From NCBI GenBank assembly GCA_043228905.1, contig JBHGNT010000020.1, positions 14,880,001-14,944,000 of the forward strand: 64,000 nt of DNA. The letters are read 5' to 3'. Positions 52,720 to 64,000 of the stretch are shown here, piece after piece; position 1 is the first letter of the stretch, and each line of letters starts with the position of its first letter. Source of the stretch: Azolla caroliniana (Eukaryota > Plantae > Polypodiophyta). Both the position numbers and the translations under genes were made by a program. The notes beneath the pieces were generated by a model. That model had not been told where the DNA came from, ran no database searches, and was given only the letters and a program-made list of their open reading frames with translations.

Positions 52720-53754
52720 GATACATAATATATATACATAAGGGTATTAATAAAGATTTAAAAATATATTTACATAAGGGTATTATCAATTGTGCTGAAA
52801 AAAAAATACATAAGCCCATGAAATATTAGATATTTCAATGAGATAATAAAGAATATATTATGCAAACGATACTCAAATTTGAAGTAGCATACATACATAC
52901 ATGCATGTATACATACATACATACATACATACATACATACATACATACATACATACATACATACATACATTCATTCATTCATTCAAACATTACATCCATG
53001 AATATGTATATACATACATTACACCCATGTATACATGCATGTTGACTAAACATAAATATATATTACCATATGTAAATATGTACATACACATTCATACATG
53101 CATTACATACTACATACATATTAGAATTGGTCATATATATTAACATACATATATAGATAATACATACATAAAATAAAATAATAATAATAATAAAATTACA
53201 TATTACATTTATACATACACTTCCTTACAAACATATTTTATATATTACATATTACACACATTTATTATTATACACACAATTATATACAAATGCAAATATA
53301 CAAACCAAACACTAAAAAAAAAAATTTCGTATTATATATAATAATATATATTTATATTATCTACACATATACACACATTCCATACATGCAATACAATACA
53401 ATATGTACATACATACACACACAAACATAACACACATCACACATGCATATATACCTACAGGCTACATTCATATATCACACATCACACATGCATATATTAC
53501 CTACATCCATGAATATGTATATACATACATTTCACTCATTTATACATACATATTAACTAAACATAAATATATGTACAAATGTATATTACCATATGTAAAT
53601 ATGTACATAATACATACAATAAAATTACATATTACATACACATATACGTACACAAATGCATATATACATACAAAACACACAGAAATAAATTACATATTAT
53701 ATATATGTATACACATACACATACATATTAACACCTAAGATTACATATATATAT
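52720..53754. repeat. G-poor degenerate (CATA/CA/TA)n tract, left part
   Basis: Direct reading; pure (CATA)n at ~52889-52970. Confidence 0.9.
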
Positions 53755-53836
53755 ACAAATCTTCATACTTTTTTTTTTTTTTTTTTAAAGAAGATATCCT
53801 GTCATTAGTATAAACAAATTACAAGATTTTAAACCT

Positions 53837-56800
53837 CTATGTAATCGGCGGGGGAAACAACCATTTCGGTGGCTGAAAATGCCAATAAGGAGTAGTGTAC
53901 CTGGATGTCACAAATGGAGTAGCTGTCCAGATAATAAGAAACTCATGCCGTTGAGCAATTTTAGCATCAGAATCTCCCACTATACCATCCCATTGACCCT
54001 TCAAAGCATGAACTATCTCTAACCAAATATTTGAAATCACTTCAGCAGGTGGTGTTTTCAGATTATGGAAAACGAGAGAACACCGAGCTTTCCAAATGTG
54101 ATAGACAGTGGTACTACTCAATATCTCCCATATTGGCTGAACTTCCTTCCTTACTCCTGAAAACTGTAATGACATCAGTGATAATGTACGAACACTTCCA
54201 TTTTTAGTGTAAAACCCATGGTCCATAGATTCGATGCCATAATGGAACACATCACGGGCAAGTGATGTCCAAACGACCATGCCCCAAGTGAGAACCAACG
54301 GGGGAAAATAATTAGCGAAAATTCTAAGGAGCCGTTGCCATATCTGTTGAGAATCAATGCATTCCCATAAACAATGTTTTTGAGTTTCCGTTTGTAAATG
54401 ACATCGAGTACAACATGAAGACACTCCCATCCTATGCAACCATGTGCCAACCGGCAACGCCTTGTGTACAACTAACCACTGTACATGTAATATTTTGTGT
54501 TGCTGTTTTCTTGCCCATAAGATAGCCCAGAATTTTGCAAGGAATTGGGGAGTAATACCTTGTTGATTCCAATATTGAGATGCAGCTGGTACCACATCAC
54601 GTGTATCTGAAAGTACATGTCTTCCCAACTGTACAGAATATTGGAAGAAATTGAACTTGTTACCCGTGTAAGGATCTGTCCAATGATAGTCAATTGGGTC
54701 CCAATCTAATCTGAATACCGGTCTTTTAGCTAACACCCACAGCTTCCAATGTGTCCTTATTTCCTCTATCATTGGATCAATATACCATTTACGATCGGCA
54801 TATCCAATTATCCTTATCTTGTGCTCAATGGCATAGGAGTAATCTATCACCATTTCCCCGGACTGAGACAATTGATTTGTTTCATCCACCTCAAACAACC
54901 GGTATGTCTTATCATTTGAATAACCCTTAACAGCCAAGAGTACTTCCAATCTTGAAAAAACCCCAATCCATCTATGGTTAGTGTTATTGGGTGGTATGGG
55001 TTGTCTACTCATAGCTTCTTGAATTTGTTGGTACATTATATGTCCGCCATGCATATTACGTAAGATTTCTTTTTGTTCTTCCAACGATCGCGATAAAAAT
55101 TCTTTCCAAGTCTGAACTGTTTTCGCGGGACCTTCTGTCATTTTTCCCCACGATAACCATTGTCTAGAACCCAACACAAAACCATCTGATGTTGTAAACA
55201 ACGGGTTCCAAACTATCTTTTGTCTGAGATACTCAAGATAATGTTTGGGGTTTGGTTTATTGCGAAGCAAACCAGGTAGTACTTGTTTCCATGCTGCAAA
55301 TAATGTCCTAATAAATTTGTCTTCCCATCTAGTGGCTGAAGGTACTCGGAAATTTTCCCTAAATATCCAATTCACATCCTTCGACCAGGGAGCACCTAAG
55401 CGAGGAAAGCAATCTGAGCAACGGTCAAGCAATAATACTTTCCATATCTCTTGCCCCGGCATAAATCCTCTAACGAGCAACTTACTTAACAATGCTCTTG
55501 ATTGGTCCACTGGATCAATAATACCTAATCCTCCTTTAGAGCGAGGTAAGGTAATAACATCCCATTTCACTTTGGACCGAGCATTGCCTTCTGTTTTACC
55601 GGACCACAAGAAGTTACGAACCAATCTACGTATTTTCAGAATACATGACTTGGAGAATATCCAACATGACAAAACATACCATGTTGAAGCCAATAAAACC
55701 TGATTAGCCACTACAATCCGACCAGCAAAAGATAGCTTGGCTGAACTCCATAACAACAACTTTTTCCGCAGTGACAATAGGAGGGGTGCCACTTGATTTT
55801 CCATTGAAAGATCAATACCTATCGTACACCCTAAGTATCGAACTGGACAACCTGATGGTATCCATCGAAATTGCGGGTGTGGACTCCATAGAGGAGGCTC
55901 TACATCCCCCACCCAAAATGCAAAGGACTTGTTCCAATTAACCAGTGCACCCGAAGCCTTACAAAATGTGGATATGGCCAATTCTGTTTTCTGCAGATTT
56001 TCCAAATCACCTTTTAAATATAGGGCAGTGTCATCTGCAAATTCAGCGTCCCTTACTTCTATATGTGAGAATGGGATGCGTATTCCGCGTATACCAATAT
56101 CACCAGCATTCAAAAAGGAAATCATTGCCTCAGCAAAAAACAGAAACAAGAAAGGAGCTAAAGGACAACCCTGTCGAACTGATCGAGAAATAGTAAACAA
56201 AGGTCCATAATTCCCAACCAGTAAGACTCTGCTTTGTGCCAAATTATATAATGAAGAAATACCTTTTATCCATTCTTTCGAGAAACCAAAACGAGCCAGT
56301 ACACCTTGTAAAAATTCCCAGTCAACACGGTCATAAGCTTTCTCAAAATCAAGCATAACAATGGCCAACTTTTGATTAGATTTGGCTGCCAAGGCAGCAG
56401 ATTCCCAAAATGTATACACATTATCCAATATGCTCCTTTCCTGAATAAATCCTGTTTGCGACGGATGTATAACTATAGGCATTATAGTACCAAGTCTTAT
56501 ACTAAACGCTTTAGCTAGAATTTTATACACCGTATTCAGTAATGTAATTGGGCGCCATTTCTTGATGTCCAATGAAGGACCTTCTGATTTAGGGATAAGG
56601 TAAATTATTCCTTCTGTAAAATGTGAAGGCATAATGCCCTCTCGAAGAATTTGTTGGAATGCTGTACATAAATCTGATTTAAACAAGTCCCAATATTTAA
56701 TGAAAAATGATGGGGTTAATCCATCCATACCTGGACAACTATTCTTAGGCAAAGCTTGGAGTGCTTCACTCAATTCCTCATGAGTAAGAACGTCTTGAAG

Positions 56801-58180
56801 ACTGGCATTCATATCCTGTGTTATTCTTGAACTCATTTTATTCCATACACAAGACCGACTTATTAAATCCTCATCGGAGAATGAAATAGCTGATAGTAGG
56901 TTGGAATAGTATCGTGTGGCTATTTCTCTCATCACTTTAGGGTCAGATGAGATGGTCCCATTCTCATCTTGTAGTTGTTTGATTGAAACCGCATTATGAT
57001 TGGGTCTCATTGCATGAAAAAATTCAGCTGTACATTTATCACCCATTTGGGTCCAACTAGATGCCCTATTATGGTATTGAAATTCTGCACGCTTTTCTAA
57101 TAGTACAGCAAGTTCTTGTTCTGCTGACCCAATTTTCTCAGCAATCCAAGTACAGTGTGGATAACGTTCTTGTAATCGTTGTAGAGAAACAAGAGAAGTA
57201 CGAGACCGTTTCTCCTTTTCTTGGATCATAGAGAACCTCTCCTTAGATTTACCCCTAAAAAATTCTGAAATACATCGTAAGCCATTAGCTACCCGCACCG
57301 CCATTGATTCCTGTACAACATCCTTTTGTGACCATAATTGAGCCACTTGTAAGGAAAAGCTATTGTCTAACAGCAGATTTTCAGGAATCTTCATATTGGA
57401 GAATTCTTTAAGGTTTTGGGTTGATATTGAAAGAATCACTGGAGCATGATCAGAGAAGGTAGTCCCTGGCATTATATGTATTGTACCAGTTGCTGAAATA
57501 AATTTGCCAGATACATAGAATCTATCCAATCGAGCTAAGTTAGTACCATTTACACGTCTATCTGATCTTGAAAATAAAAGAGAGGTATTTGTATGAACCA
57601 TCGAAGGAGCATGCCAAGCATCTAAAATTTGTAAGGAGAACACCAATTGTTCCCACATTGCTAATTCATGGCCATGTATCGTAGTTGAGCTACCTCCCAT
57701 TCTATCAATGGGGTCCTCAAGCATATTGAAGTCACCAGCGATACACCAATGATCAAGGGGAGGCAGATTCTCTAATAATTCTTTCCAAAATTGTTGCCTA
57801 GCAGAAGCAGTATTAGGAGCATATATATTCAAGAGTCCCCATATAATCTCCCCCTCTTGCATAATAACATATTGAGCCCTTCCAGGAATGATCACTTGTT
57901 TTTGTATAATGGATGGAATCCACCTCTGAGAAATAGCCATACAAACCCCACCACGGACTTCCGTGTTGCCTATCGCGGGGGACCAAAACATGTCCCAATT
58001 TCCAGATAAAATAGAACCATATCGAGAAATTCTAAAAGTATTTAAATGATGTTCTTGTATTAAAAGAAAGTCGAGGGATCCACCCACTATGCATTTGTTA
58101 ATTTCTTGACGGAGACGATACTTGTATCGTCTATATAAGGGGCCCCCTAACCCCTGAACATTCCATGACATCACTCGCAT
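53837..58180 (-). CDS. LINE ORF2p: AP endonuclease, reverse transcriptase, C-terminal zinc finger (zf-RVT); no RNase H seen
   Basis: MSWNVQGL, IQE, NIYAP, GDFN, RLDRFY, SDH; PGMDG, WRPITLL, LDFEKAYDRV, RQGCPLAP, FADD, YLG; CTRC..ETQKHCLWEC; 1447 aa. Confidence 0.97.
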   Translation of the reverse strand: MRVMSWNVQGLGGPLYRRYKYRLRQEINKCIVGGSLDFLLIQEHHLNTFRISRYGSILSGNWDMFWSPAIGNTEVRGGVCMAISQRWIPSIIQKQVIIPGRAQYVIMQEGEIIWGLLNIYAPNTASARQQFWKELLENLPPLDHWCIAGDFNMLEDPIDRMGGSSTTIHGHELAMWEQLVFSLQILDAWHAPSMVHTNTSLLFSRSDRRVNGTNLARLDRFYVSGKFISATGTIHIMPGTTFSDHAPVILSISTQNLKEFSNMKIPENLLLDNSFSLQVAQLWSQKDVVQESMAVRVANGLRCISEFFRGKSKERFSMIQEKEKRSRTSLVSLQRLQERYPHCTWIAEKIGSAEQELAVLLEKRAEFQYHNRASSWTQMGDKCTAEFFHAMRPNHNAVSIKQLQDENGTISSDPKVMREIATRYYSNLLSAISFSDEDLISRSCVWNKMSSRITQDMNASLQDVLTHEELSEALQALPKNSCPGMDGLTPSFFIKYWDLFKSDLCTAFQQILREGIMPSHFTEGIIYLIPKSEGPSLDIKKWRPITLLNTVYKILAKAFSIRLGTIMPIVIHPSQTGFIQERSILDNVYTFWESAALAAKSNQKLAIVMLDFEKAYDRVDWEFLQGVLARFGFSKEWIKGISSLYNLAQSRVLLVGNYGPLFTISRSVRQGCPLAPFLFLFFAEAMISFLNAGDIGIRGIRIPFSHIEVRDAEFADDTALYLKGDLENLQKTELAISTFCKASGALVNWNKSFAFWVGDVEPPLWSPHPQFRWIPSGCPVRYLGCTIGIDLSMENQVAPLLLSLRKKLLLWSSAKLSFAGRIVVANQVLLASTWYVLSCWIFSKSCILKIRRLVRNFLWSGKTEGNARSKVKWDVITLPRSKGGLGIIDPVDQSRALLSKLLVRGFMPGQEIWKVLLLDRCSDCFPRLGAPWSKDVNWIFRENFRVPSATRWEDKFIRTLFAAWKQVLPGLLRNKPNPKHYLEYLRQKIVWNPLFTTSDGFVLGSRQWLSWGKMTEGPAKTVQTWKEFLSRSLEEQKEILRNMHGGHIMYQQIQEAMSRQPIPPNNTNHRWIGVFSRLEVLLAVKGYSNDKTYRLFEVDETNQLSQSGEMVIDYSYAIEHKIRIIGYADRKWYIDPMIEEIRTHWKLWVLAKRPVFRLDWDPIDYHWTDPYTGNKFNFFQYSVQLGRHVLSDTRDVVPAASQYWNQQGITPQFLAKFWAILWARKQQHKILHVQWLVVHKALPVGTWLHRMGVSSCCTRCHLQTETQKHCLWECIDSQQIWQRLLRIFANYFPPLVLTWGMVVWTSLARDVFHYGIESMDHGFYTKNGSVRTLSLMSLQFSGVRKEVQPIWEILSSTTVYHIWKARCSLVFHNLKTPPAEVISNIWLEIVHALKGQWDGIVGDSDAKIAQRHEFLIIWTATPFVTSRYTTPYWHFQPPKWLFPPPIT

Positions 58181-59980
58181 TTAAGGGAACTTAGGTTGCT
58201 GTGATGCCATTTTCATGTTTTTCGCTAACGGCTCAAGATTGGCCTCACTACCATCTTGTTCACCACTTTTCGATTGTAAAGGTATCGTATCGCGTACCAT
58301 TCTATAATGATGATGTGCTTTAGCCAATATTTGACCTTCCGATAGTCCATCTTCATGGATATAGGTATATCCACAATTTGGAAGGATCTCAGCATCTAAG
58401 GATACCACCACTTGCCTTCGCCCCATCACATCAGACACTGGCAAGAGTTGTATAGTTGCTGCCTCTAGTCCCCTTAATAATACTTCCCCAAAATTGTCAC
58501 AATTAACATATTTTGCGAAGTGTGGTGTTTGTTGTCTAATAACCAATCTAACATCCGCTGCCACCCATGTTTGTTTATCATATCCACAAAAAGGGAAAGA
58601 AAATCCTACAAAAGATTGCATAGTCTTGAAAAGAACATGAACACGTATTGATGCATTGCCATTATCAACTATGTCTCCCAAAAATTTCAAAAACTCAAAC
58701 CCATATGTGGCATTCCATCGATTGATTGCAAAATCACTAGTACTTTCTACTTGAGAATTTATCGGGATTGTGCGAATGAAGTTCGCATTTAACCCTCTCA
58801 AGCTAGACGAACGTTTTGTAGATCTGTGAAGGTTTCGCGATACATTACTCAAGTTCAAATGTTGTTTACTTGATTCCATTGTTTTGCTCTGAGTGGCCAT
58901 AACAAGATTATTAATTGATTCAGTCCCTTCTCTATTAGGAGTAGATTGTTCAGAAACATTACTAATTTGGCATATCTGAACATCATTTTGAGACAAAGAG
59001 TTATCTAGTTCCTGTATGGCATCATAACGGCCTATACTTACGTGAGCACCCTTAGTTTCAATGCATTTATTGGGTATTGAGTGCCGTTTTTCAATTGGTT
59101 TCCATATCTCATCCTCGAATGTTTGGATATTTTTCCCTTTTTCATCCTTGGATGGCTGAACATTTTTCCCCTTTCCACTTCCTCCACCTAAATGAGATTG
59201 TTGCTTCTTATCCAGATTAACATGATTAACGTCTGTATGCACGTTATTTGTACCATTCTGGGGTCTAACCCCGTTCTTCTTTTTTGGGCAATCTTTCAAA
59301 ACATGGCCTTGCTGTTTACAATAGAAGCATTGTCCAGGCATACCTATATACTCCAATTTTTGCATGAATGTCGAGTTCCCGGTAAGCGATGGTAAAAGTA
59401 CCTGAGTAGGTAAATTTTCTATTGAGGAAACTAGTATTCGAATTGATGGGTATCCCGTTAATTTCATTCCTATTGTCTCCTCTCGAGGAGGAAGAATCGT
59501 GCCGATTCTTGCTGCAATTGATGGGAGTACAGCCATGTATTCCTTAGGGATTCTCGGGAAAACCACGGAAATCGGGGTCAAACGATGCCCCGAATTCAAC
59601 ATTTCGACGGGATCAAAGCCCGGTTTCCACGGCATAAAACAAGCTATTGCATTTCGAATGTTAATCGTATTTGCATTCAACATTACCACAACGGATTCAG
59701 CGGTATCCAATTCTAAATGATAGAAAGCATGTCCAAGAAATTGCACATCGACGATTTTTCCGATCCTATGTTGGAAAGCCGCTTGTAGGAGATCTCTCAA
59801 ATCTCCTCCATTTGGCCTTAAACCTATAATCCTACACACTATTGAGTAGGAATGTAGACGACTTACCTCTCTTTTCAATATCTCTTCTTCTTCCGGTGTG
59901 AAGACGACAGTGAAGGCCGACCGTGGAGGAGTTGTCAGGGGCGCTGCGTGAGAGTTCCCCTGGTGTACCGTGTCAGCCAT
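58181..59980 (-). CDS. LINE ORF1p: DUF4283-like N-terminus, CCHC zinc knuckle, disordered linker, unknown C-terminal domain
   Basis: 599 aa; CFYCKQQGHVLKDC; lies directly upstream of ORF2. Confidence 0.93.
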   Translation of the reverse strand: MADTVHQGNSHAAPLTTPPRSAFTVVFTPEEEEILKREVSRLHSYSIVCRIIGLRPNGGDLRDLLQAAFQHRIGKIVDVQFLGHAFYHLELDTAESVVVMLNANTINIRNAIACFMPWKPGFDPVEMLNSGHRLTPISVVFPRIPKEYMAVLPSIAARIGTILPPREETIGMKLTGYPSIRILVSSIENLPTQVLLPSLTGNSTFMQKLEYIGMPGQCFYCKQQGHVLKDCPKKKNGVRPQNGTNNVHTDVNHVNLDKKQQSHLGGGSGKGKNVQPSKDEKGKNIQTFEDEIWKPIEKRHSIPNKCIETKGAHVSIGRYDAIQELDNSLSQNDVQICQISNVSEQSTPNREGTESINNLVMATQSKTMESSKQHLNLSNVSRNLHRSTKRSSSLRGLNANFIRTIPINSQVESTSDFAINRWNATYGFEFLKFLGDIVDNGNASIRVHVLFKTMQSFVGFSFPFCGYDKQTWVAADVRLVIRQQTPHFAKYVNCDNFGEVLLRGLEAATIQLLPVSDVMGRRQVVVSLDAEILPNCGYTYIHEDGLSEGQILAKAHHHYRMVRDTIPLQSKSGEQDGSEANLEPLAKNMKMASQQPKFP

Positions 59981-60157
59981 CTCTTCCTCTTCGTCTACAG
60001 TGATCTGCGCAACATCATTCTGTCTTGTTTTTCCCTAATTTTCTGTGTCGAGAGAGATGATGCTTGTATATGTGTAATCGAGAGAGGCTCTGTTTCTCTG
60101 CCTTCTTCCTTCTTTCTTCTCTGTGTATGTATGTATCACAAACAAATCTTCATACTT

Positions 60158-60340
60158 ACAAACAAGTTACATATATTACATATATATATATATATATATA
60201 TACACGTGCACGCACATAAATAAATTAGATATTACATAGCATATATTATACAATATTGAAATTTACACATACATAAATACATATATAGATACATACATAG
60301 ATATACATATTACATATGTACATACATATTCCACATATCA

Positions 60341-60376
<36 letters not shown>

Positions 60377-62445
60377 AGATTATAGTGGACCATACAAACC
60401 ACAATACTTATAAAGTTATATATATACATACTACACACACACATTAGATATGTGTATACTTACACATAAATAAATTAGATATTACATAGCATATAATCCA
60501 TACCAATTACACAATATACAAATTTACACATACATAAATTACATATATACATATATAGATATATTAGATATGTGCATGCATATTCTACATATCACCATAT
60601 GTATAGATCATACTAGACCATACATACACACCAATTACACAATATACAAATTTACACATACATAAATTACATATATACATACATAGATATATTACATATG
60701 TGCATGCATATTCTACATATCGCCATATGTATAGATCATACTAGACCATACAAACCACAATACATACATACACACACACACACACACATTAGATATATGT
60801 ATACTAACACATACATTGGATATATACATGCATATTACGTACATATTACAAACATACATCCATATACGAGCCATGTACATATGTACTAAACATGAAAATA
60901 TCCCAAAAATGTACATACATAAATACATTACATATATACACGTACATACATTCATACATTTACATATATATGACCGCATAAGCACACATACATACATACA
61001 TTGGATATATATGCACATATTACACACATACTCATGCTCATTAAATCATGTATATTGACATATACATATATGCGTACACATACATACATTACATATGTAC
61101 ATACATTACATATGTACATACATATTCCACGTATCACCGTATATATATGTACATATGCCTACAATGTTATAAGTTTTACAAACATACATTCATACACATA
61201 TATACATACATTACATACATGCATACACATAAATATGTTACATACACATACATATATACATTTCATCACAGACTACAATACATACATGTATACATACACA
61301 TACATAAATATTATGAACACACTCATGTAAGCATAGTACACTATTACACATACAAACATACATGTATTGCATATTACACATATATACATATGTACATGCA
61401 TACATGTACATACATACATTACATATGCATATATTACAATCACATTCATATACATTGAATCATGTACATTGTCATATATATGCATACACATACGTACATT
61501 CATACATGGACATATCTATATTCATTTATATATTGCGACTGTCTACGTATACATAAATTAGATATATACATAAATATTACAATCACACATCCATACACAT
61601 TGAATCATGTACATTGTCATGTGGATGTATGCATACACATACATACATACATACATACATACATGTTTGTATACATACATACATTAGATATGGATATATG
61701 CATACACATATGTACATTCGTATATGGACATACATATCTTCATTTATACATTGCTACACATACATACACATATATACATCAGATATATACATAGATATTA
61801 TGCATATATTACAATCACACATCAATACACGTTGAATCATGTACATTTGCATATGCATATATGCATACACATACATACATACATGAGATATGCATATTTG
61901 CATACACATATGTACATTCGTACATGGACATACATAGAGTCTTTTATACATTGCTACACATACATACATAAGATATATACATAGATATTATGCATATATT
62001 ACAATCACAGATCAATACACATTGAATCATGTACATTTGCATATGCATATATGCATACACATATGTACATTCGTACATGGACATACATATAGTCTTTTAT
62101 ACATAGCTACATGTACATACACATACGTACATACATACATATATTAGATATATACACACATACTTGTATATATATATATATATATACACCTACATATAGT
62201 CTTCTATACATACATATACATTGCATATGGATATATGCATACACATATGTACATTGCTACATATCCATACACATTGAATAATGTACATTTGCATATGCAT
62301 ATATGCATACACATACGTACATATTACAAACAAATATCCACACATACACACATACAAATATACATACATTACATATTACACATGTACAATCATATATTCA
62401 TTCATTCATGTTTATTCATGCAAGCATACATATTTTATGCATACG

Positions 62446-62479
<34 letters not shown>

Positions 62480-62832
62480 TTATGTATATGTATATATATA
62501 TTCATTCATTCATACATGCATACATTATGTGCACATACATACATATCATACATTCACAATAAACATAACATTCAAACATTAATGTTTTTCTGATTTTTGC
62601 CGCCTCCTCCTTTGCTCCCTCCTCTTCTCTGCTCATTTCCACTACCAACTCTTCTCCCCTTCTTTTTGTCCTCGTTTTGCTGCCGCCTCTGTTCTCGTTT
62701 TGCCGCCGCCGCCACTCGCCTTATCGTGCCGCTTTTGCTCACCATTATTCTCTGTTGGGGCTGCCACAACTACTCTACAAATATTTTACAGGTACACATA
62801 AGTACAAACATAAACCAACACATAAATTCTTA

Positions 62833-62865
<33 letters not shown>

Positions 62866-63258
62866 CATACAATCATACACACGGGCCATACATACAATAC
62901 ATACAATAAACGAAATTAATACATTACAATACAATATGTACATGCATACACACATACCTATATACACATACATACACTTACATACATACACATTTACACA
63001 TATAGCACATACATACAATACAATATGTACACACATACATACACATGGAATACAAACAATAAATATATAAACACACACACACATGTGTAGAATATACATA
63101 CACATATGGACACACATATATATTGTATGGAACATACATACACATACCTATATACACATATATACACTTACATACATACACATTTACACATATAACACAT
63201 ACATACAATACAATATGTGCACACATACATACATACATACACATGGAATACCATACAT

Positions 63259-63295
<37 letters not shown>

Positions 63296-64000
63296 TGTAG
63301 AATATACATTCACATATAGACACATATATATGTTGTATGGAACATAACACACAACACACACATGAAATACATACAATAAATGCAATTAAATAAAATGCAA
63401 TACAATATGTACATAATACACACATACCTATACACACATGCAATACAATCCATACAATACCTATATACACATATAATGCATACACACATACACACATTAC
63501 ATGATATGTACATACACACACAAAAAAAAAATGCAATTAAATAAAATACAATACAATATGTACATACATACACACATACCTATATACACATATAACACAT
63601 ACATACATACACATATACACACATAACACAATATGTACATACACACATAACACACATATACACATGCATACATACGCACACACAAACATAACACATAACA
63701 CACAACACACATGCATACCACATACAAACATATATGATGTATGGAACATACATACACACACAAAAACATAACACACAACACACATGCATACCTCATACAA
63801 ACATATATGATGTATGGAACATACATATACACACAACACAAATGCATACCACATACAAACATATATTATGTATGGAACATACATATACAATGTACACACA
63901 CAAACATAACACACAACACAAATGCATACCACATACAAACATATATGAAGTATGTAACATACATATACACACACAAACATAACACACAACATAGATGTAT
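60158..64000. repeat. G-poor degenerate (CA/TA/CATA)n tract with higher-order duplications
   Basis: Direct reading; blocks of ~100-200 bp recur, e.g. ~62945-63125 vs ~63140-63330 and ~61775-61945 vs ~61970-62100. Confidence 0.92.

Larger units (their letters stand above)
53771..60141 (-). mobile_element. Full-length intact L1-clade LINE
   Basis: Poly(A) tail as a T run at 53769-53786; TSD ACAAATCTTCATACTT at 53755-53770 and 60142-60157; two uninterrupted ORFs; ~160-bp 5' UTR. Confidence 0.97.

Noticed and set aside
60698-63992. Dozens of His/Tyr/Cys/Val-rich ORFs (also 52770-53738)
   Set aside because: Translations of CA/TA microsatellite-like DNA with no coding signal.

Overview
Land-plant nuclear DNA, probably a non-seed plant such as a fern. 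This is inferred from Tcn1-like chromoviruses, a tRNA-Trp-primed gypsy-like element and spliceosomal introns. (1) 1-25882 is a nested LTR-retrotransposon stack about five levels deep (five copia, two Tcn1-like chromoviruses, one gag-only element, one old gypsy host), broken by a 100-N gap. (2) 27436-47676 holds two tandem minus-strand malectin-like/GDPC/LRR receptor kinases (LRR-I, IOS1/SYMRK-like architecture). One is intact and one has a single nonsense codon; their 5' halves are very similar but their TM/kinase halves are strongly diverged. A third relic exon, a Mutator-type foldback and a small LTR element lie in or between them. (3) 48400-64000 has further LTR relics, a possible CACTG transposon end, and a long G-poor (CA/TA) tract carrying a full-length intact L1-type LINE with a 16-bp TSD and an in-frame TAA-ATG ORF1/ORF2 junction. 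Most notable: perfect heat-shock-element arrays and a Tf1-type self-priming signature in the chromovirus LTRs, the ectodomain/kinase discordance of the two kinases, and the LINE junction and its unrecognised ORF1 C-terminal domain. I found no clearly new biological system. All coordinates and identities were read by eye, not computed.
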